IMG/VR virus record: IMGVR_UViG_3300021400_000126
Span: 1 to 64,000 of that record
Direction: 5' to 3' (one strand)
DNA: 64,000 nt
Source: a virus
Lineage: Duplodnaviria; Caudoviricetes
The notes under the pieces are model-generated. The model had not been told where the DNA came from. It saw only the letters and a list, made by a program, of their open reading frames with translations, and did no database searches. Numbering within the stretch: the first letter of the stretch is position 1; each line of letters begins with the position of its first letter. Shown in pieces: positions 33,072 to 43,757 of the stretch. The translations under genes were made by a program, and so were the position numbers.

Positions 33072-34404
33072 ATGACGAAAGAAAAACTACAAAAAGCAAT
33101 TGAAATAAAAAAAGAAATTGATTGGTGCGACCGCATTTTAAATGATCGTGATCATCTTAGAAAAATATTAGGACGAGGCTCATATGCCGCAACCTTATAT
33201 GAATATGAGATAGAAGATATTCCATCTTGGCTTTGGTCAATTATTATCAAAGAGACTGAAATAAGAAAAGAGAAAAAAATAAAACAACTGGCAGAACTAT
33301 AAAAAGGAGAAAAATAATGAATCAAACATTTATTGACATAGGTACTTTATTATTCTTTGGCGGGATGCTGATTTCTGCGGTGGGTATGATGTTTGTTTTA
33401 GCGAGTTCATAAGGAGATTAAAATGGAAGGAATTTTGTTAACAACAGACCAGATTAAATGGTTTCAAGAGATGTTAGTAGAAGGTTTTGACGATGAAAGG
33501 GTTCAGCATAGAACTCTTGGGGCCTTAGAATTTTTGATGCGGCAGCCCGCAAAAAATTGGGTTCCCGCATTAAATAATAATAACAATAAAGAAGAAGAAT
33601 GGAAACCTATTTATGCGGAAGAGATTGCCCATAAATCCAAATGATTTAATATTACTTTTATTAATTGTTCCGCTTTCTTTTGTGATAATTTATATTTGTT
33701 TAATTATATCAGAAAAAATTTTTAATAGAATAGAAATTGGAGCAATTATTAGTATTTTTTTAATTGTATTAATATATTGTTATTTTTTATTATTTTAAAA
33801 TTAGAGGAGGATAAAAGAATATGGTAGATTATGACCTGAGTAAACGAGTTACTACGAAATATAAAATAAATGAAGAAAAAGGAACTGTAATTTGTATCAT
33901 TACTACTGTTAATGAAATTCCGCGCCGCCTTGCTAAGTATGATTTGGCAGATGAACAATATGATGATTTTATAGATGTTAGAGTTTATAAAGGAATTGCC
34001 TATTGTGCTCCAGAGGATGAGTGGAATGAGGCTTTTGGACGACGACTTGCTGAGTACAGAGCGCAGCGAGCGCGGCAGGTAGATGTAAACACTGAAATAA
34101 AGAAATATATTAAAGGAATTTCCAGAAATATTGATAATTTATATGATTATGGATTAATTAAGGAGCCTAGGAGGCCAGAATTTTAATTATGGATAAAAAA
34201 ATTGTATTTTACGATTCTTGGGAAGAGTGTATTGAAAAAAATTTTGGAAACAATGAATTTATTTTAATGGCTATGGAGTATTATTTAAAAAGAGATTATA
34301 TAAAAATTGGAGAGAAAAATTCTTCAAGAGATTTTATTATTGTCACTGAACCTGGGGAGGATAATACAGAAAATTTTATTATAAAAAGGCGGAATATGAG
34401 GTAA
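33072..34404 (+). CDS. run of small hypothetical genes (33072..33302, 33423..33644, 33821..34186, 34189..34404 and shorter hydrophobic ORFs)
   Basis: Tightly packed + strand ORFs, most with RBS; no recognisable family. Confidence 0.55.
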
Positions 34405-34707
34405 ATAATAATGCATATATTAATTGCTTGGTGCGGTGGTTGGGTTTTAGGTCACGGACTTAGGTATGAAGAAGGAGATATTATAATTATTGGAGCAATT
34501 TTAATTGGATTGGCAGTATATTTAGGAGTTAAATAATGATTTTTATAGCAGAAGATAATCCAAAATTATATGTTTAGGTAAATAATTATAGTGAATTGGA
34601 AGAAAAAATAAAGGAACTTGGGAATCCTAATTATGATTATGAGGTTATTATAGAGCCTTTTTTTGAAAAACCTTGGATTGTAGGGAGGATACGAGCAATA
34701 AAAAAAC

Positions 34708-34789
34708 ATTCGTCTTTTGATTTTAAAAAAACTTTTGGATTATTGTTATTGTTATATTCGTCTTTTGATTTTAAAAAAACTTTTGGATT
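34708..34789. repeat. 34-bp perfect direct repeat
   Basis: ATTCGTCTTTTGATTTTAAAAAAACTTTTGGATT at 34708 and 34756. Confidence 0.95.
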
Positions 34790-35119
34790 GGGAAAGTTGG
34801 AGAGCAAAAGTTTTTTCACTTTCCCAAAAAGTTTTTTCCCATAATACACCCCCGCCCATTTTAATTTTATTTTCATACTAAGAAATACTCATACATACAG
34901 TCTGTAGATGAACGAAAAAAACGCTGAGCAACGCTGACTTGTAGCGGGGCCTTAACACAAACAATGAACAAACGCAACGCCAGCAAAATACAATAATACA
35001 ACAAAAGTATGTACAATAAATAAAGCAAATAATATAAGATATAAACAAAAAAGCAATAGATGATGTAAGGGAACTAATACGTTCGCAGGGCAGCCAACGA
35101 CCATCAAGCATCGAGAACA

Positions 35120-36315
35120 TTGTTAAAATATAGTCAAACACTTTTTCTTCAAGCATTTTGTTAAACAATAGACAAACACTCTTTCCTATAATTCACTTGT
35201 TTAATCAATCAACCAATGTTACTACTACTAAATTATTGCGCTCTAACAAAACAGACGAAAAAAATCAGTAACTTTTCAGGTTTTGTTAAATACTTAACAA
35301 AAGCTAACCAGCTAGTAACGGCATTGACAAACTATTAACAATTGCTAGCACGAGGCTTGTTAGTTATTTAACAAATAAGGTTTATGTACAAACATTGTTA
35401 ATAACTTAGCAAAGATAGAAGGATAGGTAGGTCAACAAAGGTAGGGAGTAAGGCAAGGCAGGAGAAGTAGAGACAAACCAAAGAGAACAAGAGAAGAAAG
35501 AGAACAACACAATAACACAATCAATCAACAACACAATGATAATAATATAATAATAAATATGTATGTACTATGGTAGGGTATGGGTAGGGGTGTGTAAGGT
35601 AGGGATGGGGTATCCACTGTGCAGGTATCTATCTAATAACTGTAGAAGCTTGTTAAACAATTAACAATAGAAGATTGTTAAGATGTTAACAACATGCATC
35701 CGGACGAGCAGGAAGATAGGTCATGATTAAGCTGTCAATGAAGCGAGCTTGTTAAAGTATTAACACATTGATAAGATAAGCGAATAGATAAAATAAGAAG
35801 ATTGTTAATAAAATAACTTTTAAATAATGATTGACATTTAGATAAAGATAGTATATAATAAAAGAGAACTAAGAGTTAACCACTAAACACAGCCACAAAG
35901 AAAGGACGTGCAAACAATGCGTAAAGCTATAACAACAATCATCATTACAGTAATCATGTTAACTATGTTCTATGTATCAGCATGGATCGAGGCACACTAC
36001 ACAAGAGAGGCAACAGTCATTGAAGTAAATGATAACATTGTAACTGTTGTTGATGATACTAATAACTTTTGGTCATTTGAAGGAACTGAATTCAATGTCA
36101 ATGATAAAGTAACAATGACAATGGATTCAATGAATACAGACTTAAACATCTATGATGATGAAATAATAAATGTAGAAAAGAACTAATAATTAATATTAAG
36201 AACTCTTTAATTAGACTTAATTAAAGAGTTCTTTTTTTGTACTATCAAGAGATAGTAAGATAAAAGCTTGTTAAGTCAACGAGTCAATGAAGCGAGATTG
36301 TTAAACATCTAACAA
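35120..36315. promoter_or_regulatory. array of Rex-operator-like palindromes TTGTTAA-N4-TTAACAA
   Basis: Perfect at 35283, 35650, 35675; one mismatch at 35357, 35395, 35749, 36298; weaker at 35120, 35158, 35324, 35802. Confidence 0.75.
35908..36186 (+). CDS. hypothetical membrane-anchored protein
   Basis: Consensus promoter at 35831, N-terminal hydrophobic segment, downstream hairpin AAGAACTCTTTAATTA/TAATTAAAGAGTTCTT plus U-tract. Confidence 0.65.
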   Translation: MQTMRKAITTIIITVIMLTMFYVSAWIEAHYTREATVIEVNDNIVTVVDDTNNFWSFEGTEFNVNDKVTMTMDSMNTDLNIYDDEIINVEKN

Positions 36316-36975
36316 ATAGATAATAATAAATATAATAAGATAAGTAAACAATACATAAATGTATTGATAGATGTAAATATAATACACTTATAGTTATTAC
36401 TATTGAACCTCGCGGGCGGCGGCTGGGCGGCCGAAAAATTATACCACATGCCGTTGCCATTTGTCAATTAGGAAAATGTAACAAAAAAACAATTAAATAA
36501 TTATCCCATTTTGTGCAATATTTTTTTAATAAACCGGTTGACAAAATAAATATCTGATGATATAATGAATATAACAAAAGAGATAAGGACACAAAAGAAA
36601 GGGAGTAAAAAATGACAGTATATAAAGTATTTGAAAAGTTAGGAAAAGAAAAGGTTTGTAGAATGACTACTGAAAACATTGAAGAAGCTAAATCTTACGT
36701 TAGATATTTAAGAGCCTGTTATCGTAGAACTTGGATGGAAGAAAGAGTTGAAGATTCCTCTTTATAAAAAAGGAAGTGATAAAAATGACTAAAAAACAGA
36801 AAAAAGCACAGAATAACACAAATAGAGTTTTTATCTACATGAACACAGGAACACGCACACATAAAACAAAAAAAGACTACAATAGAAAAGAAAATAAAAA
36901 AATTTGTAGAAAAGCCTTGACAGAATATTAAAAAGAGAGTATAATCAAGATAACAAAAGAGAGGAGGACTAAAAA

Positions 36976-37281
36976 ATGAAGAAAAGTAGCCACTGGAAAT
37001 TAGAAAGAAAAGAAAGAGCAAAAATCATCGCTCAGATCGGGAAAGGTAACATTATTAAAGAAGTTGAAGTTGATAGAAATCATCCTAACGGACCTGAAAT
37101 CCATAAAATCAGCGACACAGGGATTATCACAATCTTCAATAAAAGAACTAAAAAAATGATTACTCAGTTAATCGCAAGACCTGGACAGATTAGAAGATAC
37201 TTTAATGAAAATGAAATTATCCCTACTGGATTACTTGATTTAGCAAGAGAGCATCAGAAAATGGCTTATAACATGGCTTAG
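36976..37281 (+). CDS. hypothetical early protein
   Basis: TTGACA-N17-TATAAT at 36917, GGAGG RBS, ends TAG plus hairpin. Confidence 0.75.
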   Translation: MKKSSHWKLERKERAKIIAQIGKGNIIKEVEVDRNHPNGPEIHKISDTGIITIFNKRTKKMITQLIARPGQIRRYFNENEIIPTGLLDLAREHQKMAYNMA

Positions 37282-37381
37282 AAGAAAATAAAAATTTTCT
37301 TCTTTTCTTTAAAAAAATGCTTGACAAAATTCAAATCATCGGTTATAATAAAGACAGATAAAAGAAAGGGAGGTAAACCAA

Positions 37382-37534
37382 ATGAAAAAGACAAGAGACG
37401 AAATGCTTACAGATATCATCAGAAAATGGGGATTTGAGAATGCGGCGACTATCACCTTCGCAACTCTCATGGACGACAGTAAGATTTCTGAAAGAGCCTT
37501 ATACGAAGCCTACAGAGGATTCATGAGCCTGTAG
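37382..37534 (+). CDS. 50-aa early protein (paralog of 38728..38880)
   Basis: Promoter at 37321, GGAGG RBS; MKKTRDEMLTDIIRKWGFE; ends TAG. Confidence 0.75.
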   Translation: MKKTRDEMLTDIIRKWGFENAATITFATLMDDSKISERALYEAYRGFMSL

Positions 37535-37575
37535 GCTCTTTTTTTATTGTCGGGCCGGCTGCGCACGGGGCAGCC

Positions 37576-37755
37576 GGTTAACTGCAACTAACTTGGGTTC
37601 GGCTTTTCTAACTTGAGTTAGTTAAAACTAATCTGAGTTAGATCCTTCCCAAAATGGTTAGTCATAACTAATCCCAATTAACCATAACTAACCTCAGTTA
37701 GTTATAGCTAATTAAAGTTTGTCTTATTTAACTCAAGTTAGTTATGTCTATATCA
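37576..37755. repeat. nine tandem 20-bp units, each with a GTTAG-N6-CTAAC-like palindrome
   Basis: Exact 20-bp period from 37576; arms conserved, N6 spacers differ. Confidence 0.85.
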
Positions 37756-37885
37756 AAATTGACTAGTTAAAAAATTACCCTTCAAACTGGACAAAAATTT
37801 ACCCTTTGACAACAATTTTTTGCATGGTACAATTTATTGCCATAGTGTATAATAAGGACAATTAAAGAAAGGGAGGACCGGATCG

Positions 37886-38353
37886 ATGAAAAAAATTGAA
37901 GCTGAAATCAGAATTAACTACACATTTGACAATAACCGCAAAGGTGCTAAATATACTTTGAATGGTCTTAATTGGATGAATCACGGTGAATTTGCCGAAA
38001 TTGTCACTAAAAACATCTTAGGTTTTGAATCTGTTAAAGATGCTAATACAGCTTTTGATAAAGGCTCTGACATCCCCGAAATCAAGGCTTCTGTAAAATC
38101 TAGCAAAGCCAGTTTAACAAGCATGAAACTTGCTGATACTTTTGAAGAAAGTATGAATAAATACTTCAAAAGAACACATTCAGAAATTTTCATCTATACA
38201 GTAATCATTGATGAAAATGCTACTCTTTACATGATGAATGAAAAAGAATTTAGACTTTTCATGATGAATTTTAGTAGCCTTAATGAAAGAAAGGTTATCC
38301 GCTTTAAAGCCACAAGCGGAAAAATGATAAAATTTCTTGAGAGTCTTGCTTAA
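37886..38353 (+). CDS. hypothetical early protein, possible PD-(D/E)XK-like fold (distant paralog of 39288)
   Basis: NHGEFAE...KDANTAFDKGSD...SVK versus NRGEIFE...KDNIPFTDDGD...QIK. Confidence 0.65.
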   Translation: MKKIEAEIRINYTFDNNRKGAKYTLNGLNWMNHGEFAEIVTKNILGFESVKDANTAFDKGSDIPEIKASVKSSKASLTSMKLADTFEESMNKYFKRTHSEIFIYTVIIDENATLYMMNEKEFRLFMMNFSSLNERKVIRFKATSGKMIKFLESLA

Positions 38354-38727
38354 AGGCTCTTAAGAAACTAACCAAAAATTTACCTATCAACAGCAAAAAA
38401 TTGCATGGTAACAAAAACCGGTATGTGATATACTCTAGATAGTTCAAGAGAGGAGGTACACAAGATGTACAAAGAGATGTTTGTAGAATACTTATTACCA
38501 GGAAACCCAATTACACAGTCAGAGCGGATGAGCTGGGAAGCCTTCTGTGACTTCTGCACATGGTGGGGAGTTGAAATCCTCTTCTGTTGTGCCACTGATG
38601 ACCCGAGGGTGAATGTGGAGTGATCCACATCCCCTCAAAAATAAATTTAAAAAATTTTAAAAAATGTCTTGACAGATTTTAAAAAATTTGATACTATAGA
38701 GTCAGAAAAAGAAAGGGGGTAACAAAA

Positions 38728-38880
38728 ATGACAAAGACTAGAGATGAGATGCTTACAAACATCATTAGAAAATGGGGATTCGAGCACAACTTCACAATCG
38801 ACTTCGCGGTTGCTATGGAGGACGCCCACTTCACAGACAAGATGCTCACAGACTTATATAGAGGATTAATGGACTTATAA
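38728..38880 (+). CDS. 50-aa early protein (paralog of 37382..37534)
   Basis: MTKTRDEMLTNIIRKWGFE; ends TAA. Confidence 0.75.
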   Translation: MTKTRDEMLTNIIRKWGFEHNFTIDFAVAMEDAHFTDKMLTDLYRGLMDL

Positions 38881-38959
38881 GGTCCATTAATTTTTTGTCG
38901 GCCCGCGGGCCGCCGGCGCAGCCGGAGAACCATTATATCACACCTCTCGAGTTTTGTCA

Positions 38960-39184
38960 ATAGGCAAATTATACAAATTTACACCCCAATTCTTTCCCAA
39001 AATTCTCTGTTTTGCACAAAGACCAATAAAAAAATCAACCAATTTTTTTTGTAAAAACTGCACAAAAACATTCAGCTTTATTGTGCAAAATTTTACCTCA
39101 TTTTTTGTTGATTTTTCACAAAAGAATTCCAGTTTCTTTGTGCACATTGACAGTCCGCAAAATTTCCTTGTGCAAATTATACAA
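38960..39184. promoter_or_regulatory. cluster of degenerate 17-bp TTGTGCA-N3-TGCACAA sites
   Basis: Sites at 38960, 39003, 39049, 39081, 39105, 39138, 39168 in a non-coding gap. Confidence 0.6.
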
Positions 39185-39287
39185 TAAACTACCCCTAAAT
39201 TGCCTTCCGGTTTGTGAGGTATTTTGTTTGACAAGTCCCCTCATCCGTGCTATAATCTAATCAAGATAAAGAAAGGAGAACAAAGAC

Positions 39288-39746
39288 ATGACAAACACAG
39301 TATTATTCGCACATCTGATCGAGGGATATAACAAGTTAGCTTTCACTCACAACTACATTTATGGCTTCTGTTTCCAGAACATGGTCTATATGGTCAAGGC
39401 TACCGCCGAAGATATGCCTTTCGTTCTGAAACTTGACAAGGCAAGCCGTGGGGCTGGATATGCATTAAGGTTTAAGCCTAACAAGGCTCAGAAAACCTTC
39501 CTTCTTGCCAAAGGTGCTACCGCTATATGCTCCAAGGAATTCTTCGAAGCAACTGTAAAAGAAAGCAAATATAATAGGGGTGAAATCTTCGAAAAGATGG
39601 TCACTGAATTTTATGGTCAGGTTTGGGAAAAGGATAATATTCCTTTCACAGATGACGGTGACCTTACAGTTGACGGTGTAGCATATCAGATTAAATTTGA
39701 AAAAGCTACATTCACAAATGAGAAATCCCTTGCAAGGATGATGTAG
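39288..39746 (+). CDS. hypothetical early protein, possible PD-(D/E)XK-like fold
   Basis: Promoter at 39228, AAGGAG RBS; TAG stop lies in the loop of an 11-bp hairpin. Confidence 0.75.
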   Translation: MTNTVLFAHLIEGYNKLAFTHNYIYGFCFQNMVYMVKATAEDMPFVLKLDKASRGAGYALRFKPNKAQKTFLLAKGATAICSKEFFEATVKESKYNRGEIFEKMVTEFYGQVWEKDNIPFTDDGDLTVDGVAYQIKFEKATFTNEKSLARMM

Positions 39747-39820
39747 CATCCTTGCAAAATTTTTCTTGACAAAATAATAAAAATAGTATATAATTTATAT
39801 ATAGAAAGGAGATATGGAAC

Positions 39821-40282
39821 ATGGGTTTAGATAAAGCGATTTTTTATGGGAAAGAACATAGGCATCCCTATTATAAAGCAAAAGCTGTTTCTCCTACCTG
39901 CCGAAACCATGGAACTTGTCCTTGGTGCGAAGCAAACAGAAAATATAAGTATATTAGAAAAAATAAACAAACATTAAAAGAATTAAAAAATTTCAAAAAA
40001 GGTATTGACATTTAAAAAATCCTGTGCTATAATTAAGACAACAAAAGAAAAGACACTTAAAAAGAAAGGGGAACTTACATGAGATTAGTTCATTACATCG
40101 TAGAAAAGACAGATAAGACTCAGTTTGAAACTACTAGCTACGCAGTTGCTACAAAAGATGGCAATCACATCGTTAAGACTTTCTTAACAGATATTGATGA
40201 AACAACAGACAAACAGAGAAACGAGCAGAAAGCACATCGTGCAAAGGTTCGTGAGGTCCTGCGGAAAAAGAGAGATGCATAA
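39821..40282 (+). CDS. two small early genes (39821..40015 with CRNHGTCPWC motif; 40079..40282)
   Basis: Each has its own TTGACA/TATAAT promoter and RBS. Confidence 0.7.
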
Positions 40283-40595
40283 TCTCTCTTCTTTTTTACC
40301 CTTGCGGGAATTCGCCCGGGCACTGATTTGACCCGGCCCGCCGCTGCCCTAATCTTTCATTATACTACAAAACGGATCTATGATCAATAGGCAGAATTAC
40401 CAAAATATTTTGTGCATTTTGTCTATTGTATTTTTTTAAAAATCTGATATAATAATAAGTGTCAAGGGAAAGGAGTTAAAAAATAAAAATAAAAAAAAAT
40501 TAAAAAAACTCTTGACAAATAAAAAAACCTATGATATAATAAAGGTACAAAGAAAGAAAAAACAAAATCTTAAAGAAAGAAATGAGGTATGTATT

Positions 40596-40940
40596 ATGAC
40601 AAAAAGAGAAATGTTTGCTGAGATTCGTAAGGTTGTTGCTGATAATGCTGAGATGGTAGCTTTTATCGACCATGAAGTAGAGCTGTTGAACCGTAAGTCT
40701 GGCGGTCAGCGGAAACCTACTAAGACTCAGTTAGAAAATGCTGAGTTTAAGGCTGAGATTGTTGCTTTCTTAGGTGAGGTTGGAACTCCTCACACCATCA
40801 AGGAGATTCAGGCGAATGTCCTTAACATCGCAAATCTCACCAATCAGAGAGTAACTCACATGCTCACTGATTTGGTTAAGGATGGAGTTTTAAATAAGGA
40901 GTATGTAAAGAGAACTCCTTACTATTACATTGCACAGTAG
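40596..40940 (+). CDS. winged-helix DNA-binding protein, MTKREMFAEIR family copy 1
   Basis: GAGGT RBS; C-terminal TIKEI...TNQRVTHMLTDLVKDG.L.K wHTH pattern. Confidence 0.8.
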   Translation: MTKREMFAEIRKVVADNAEMVAFIDHEVELLNRKSGGQRKPTKTQLENAEFKAEIVAFLGEVGTPHTIKEIQANVLNIANLTNQRVTHMLTDLVKDGVLNKEYVKRTPYYYIAQ

Positions 40941-41086
40941 CCCTAATAAATGGGGCGGTCATCGCAAGGTGGCTTGCCCCATGGGCTCGCCCGGCCGATT
41001 TTTCAAATGAAAATTAAAAATTAGCAGTTGACAAATTTTTTAAAATATGATATAATAAATTTACAAAAGAAAAAGGAGGAAAAAAC

Positions 41087-41603
41087 ATGACTATTAAACC
41101 TTTAACGTATGAAGAATTAATTTCTTTAGCCCTTGAATATTATGAGAAGGGCGGAGATGGAGTTTATGAATGTTGGGATGAAAAATATTTCAATGAGTAT
41201 GTAGAAACTTTTGGCCCCATTTATAAAAGCAATGCTCTTGCTATCTTTGAGTATGACTATGAAATCCGCAAAGATTTTGAAGCCACAATTTGGTAAGATT
41301 TTTTAAAATCATTATTCATTTTTAAATAAAAGAAAGTAGGTGCTATTTATGTGCGGAGAATATCGGCTCTATTCAAGATTAGAAGATGGTGAAACAGTTT
41401 TAGAGTTATGGGGCGGTAGTACTAAACACCCCGATAGTATTTTCTTCTTTTCTGATTTCAATAAAACAGATTGGATTGATTATCAGAATCAGATTTTTCA
41501 GTGGATTTTAGAATGTGCTAGTAAATTGACTCTTCCTGTTCATGCTTATTACCTTACAGAGTGGGCAATGGAAGGATACAAGGCACAAAGGGGATTAAAA
41601 TAA
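41087..41603 (+). CDS. two small acidic early genes (41087..41296, 41340..41603)
   Basis: Promoter at 41028, AAGGAGG RBS. Confidence 0.65.
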
Positions 41604-41917
41604 ATGGGGGGCACCCCCATTTTTGCCCGGGCCGCCGAGCGGATCCGCCCTAAAAAAAATAAAAAAAAATTGAAAAAAGTGTTGACAAATGAATTAATCT
41701 TTGCTATAATTAGTTCAGAAGGTGAGGGAAGGAAGCAAGGTAACCCCCAAGACGCAAGATGTCGCAGTAAGACTTCCTTGATAAAGACCCACCACCGCAA
41801 GCCTAAGTCTTACTTTGCGGTATATAAATGTGAGGCAACATAGCACAGAGTCTGGAAGTGCTAGGCTGGTAAGATGGACTCTTTCTTTTAACAAAAGCTA
41901 GAAAAGGAGATTTTCAA

Positions 41918-42580
41918 ATGGAAAAAAATACTTACTTCATCGTTGTTGACACAGAAACTACAAATTCCATTGATGACCCGTTATGCTATGATGTTGGATT
42001 CGCAGTGATTGATAAGACAGGGCATGTTTATGAAAGTCATTCTTTTGTAGTAGCTGATATCTTTCTTGATAAAGAGTTGATGAGTTCCGCATATTTTGCT
42101 GATAAAATCCCGCAGTATTGGCAGGATATCAAACAGGGCAAAAGAATTTTGAAATCATTTTTTAATATCAAAAAGGCTTTTGCTCAGTGTGTAAGAAAAT
42201 ATAAAGTCAAGATTGTTTTAGCACATAACGCACGTTTTGACTACAGGTCTTTAAATCTGACTCAGCGGTTTTTGACTTCTTCAAAATATAGATTCTTCTT
42301 TCCTTTTGGGGTTGAGATTTGGGATACTTTGAAAATGTCAAGAGAAGTCCTCAATAATCTTGAGGAGTACGGAGAGTTCTGTTATAATAATGACTACTTA
42401 ACAAAAAGACTTTGCAAGCGGTTTACCGCAGAAATCATTTACAGATTCATCACTGGAAATAATAGCTTTGAAGAAAGCCATACAGGACTTGAAGATGTAT
42501 TGATTGAAAAGGATATTTTCGTTTTCTGTATTAATAGAAAGCCTAATATTAATGGTGCTTTGTGGAGTAAGGCTTGCTAG
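41918..42580 (+). CDS. DEDDh 3'-5' exonuclease (paralog of 47029)
   Basis: VVDTET, AHNARFD, IWDT, HTGLED. Confidence 0.85.
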   Translation: MEKNTYFIVVDTETTNSIDDPLCYDVGFAVIDKTGHVYESHSFVVADIFLDKELMSSAYFADKIPQYWQDIKQGKRILKSFFNIKKAFAQCVRKYKVKIVLAHNARFDYRSLNLTQRFLTSSKYRFFFPFGVEIWDTLKMSREVLNNLEEYGEFCYNNDYLTKRLCKRFTAEIIYRFITGNNSFEESHTGLEDVLIEKDIFVFCINRKPNINGALWSKAC

Positions 42581-42853
42581 TCTTGCCCCACATTGCGGCC
42601 GGGCCGCCACAAAAATTTTCAAAAAACCCCTTGACAAATAATTTCATTTGTATTATAATAAAGACGTAAAGAAAAGGAGATAAAAAATGAATGAAGAATT
42701 AATTATTAATGATTTATTGCAGAAAATTATTTCGCATAGCTCTAGATGTGCTCATTGTAAATATTTGCGTCAAGAAAATGATAATTGCTATTGCTTTTTT
42801 GCTTATGCTTGTTTAACACAAGATTTTTATTATTGGGATGAGGAGGAATAAAT

Positions 42854-43054
42854 ATGATTTGTGAAAACTGTAATAAATGTTGTCTTTGTGCGGATTGTGT
42901 AAGAAATAAAAACTATGCGGTAAATACTCCTAATCCTTGTTTCTGTGCTGATTGTGACATTTGTAAATATCACGACATGGCAACAACTTTTTGTAATCAG
43001 TACTTGACAATTAAAGACCTTGATGATATAATAGAATCAAGAAAGGGGGCATAA
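42854..43054 (+). CDS. Cys-rich small protein
   Basis: GAGGAGG RBS; 11 Cys in 66 aa. Confidence 0.6.
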   Translation: MICENCNKCCLCADCVRNKNYAVNTPNPCFCADCDICKYHDMATTFCNQYLTIKDLDDIIESRKGA

Positions 43055-43058
43055 GCCT

Positions 43059-43388
43059 ATGACAAAAAAAAAGCTGATTGAAAAAATTATGCGTGAATGT
43101 GAGCAGGACGGAGAGCCTGTAACAAAAGAAGAAGCCATAGAGATGGCAGAAATGGAAATGAAAGCTAATCAGACTCGCCACTATGAAAAGTCTGATAAGC
43201 CTAGAAAGCCTTCCTCTCGTGTGCGGAAAGTCGATACCACAAAAAAGAGAATCCTCGATAATTGTAGAGTTCTCATTGAGGGTATGGGTGGTGTAACTGT
43301 TAATGTAAAAACTGAAACTGAAGTGACTTTTGTCTTTGATGATGCTGAATACAGTTTGAGACTCGTTAAGCATCGCCCTAAAAAGTAG
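43059..43388 (+). CDS. hypothetical early protein (paralog of 45560)
   Basis: Shared KSDKPRKP..RVRK.D..K block. Confidence 0.75.
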   Translation: MTKKKLIEKIMRECEQDGEPVTKEEAIEMAEMEMKANQTRHYEKSDKPRKPSSRVRKVDTTKKRILDNCRVLIEGMGGVTVNVKTETEVTFVFDDAEYSLRLVKHRPKK

Positions 43389-43505
43389 GGGTAACACCCC
43401 TACCTTCGGGCCGGGCCGAAAATTTTTCGAATAAATTTTTCAAAAAGCCCTTGACAAAAAATCTTTTTTCTGATATACTAAAAACATCAAAAGGAGGTAC
43501 AAAAT

Positions 43506-43757
43506 ATGAATTGTTATTTTATCAATGATTTATTAAATTGTAGTGATGAAGAGCTTAGGGAAATTGATAAAACAATTGCTGAAGAGTTAGAAAATAGAAA
43601 AAAATTAAAAAGAAAAGAAGCTTTTGATACCTTAATGGATGCTCTTGAAACTATGGCTAGAGAATATCCTTATGAAGTATTTGATATTGAATCTTCTAGC
43701 GGTGAGTGTGCCACTCTTGATTGGGAAGATTTATACAAATCTCTTCTTGAATGCTAA
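43506..43757 (+). CDS. small acidic early protein
   Basis: Promoter at 43451, AAGGAGG RBS. Confidence 0.7.
   Translation: MNCYFINDLLNCSDEELREIDKTIAEELENRKKLKRKEAFDTLMDALETMAREYPYEVFDIESSSGECATLDWEDLYKSLLEC

Noticed and set aside
37576-37755. CRISPR array
   Set aside because: Period is only 20 bp with 6-nt variable cores; there are no spacer-length sequences and no cas genes.
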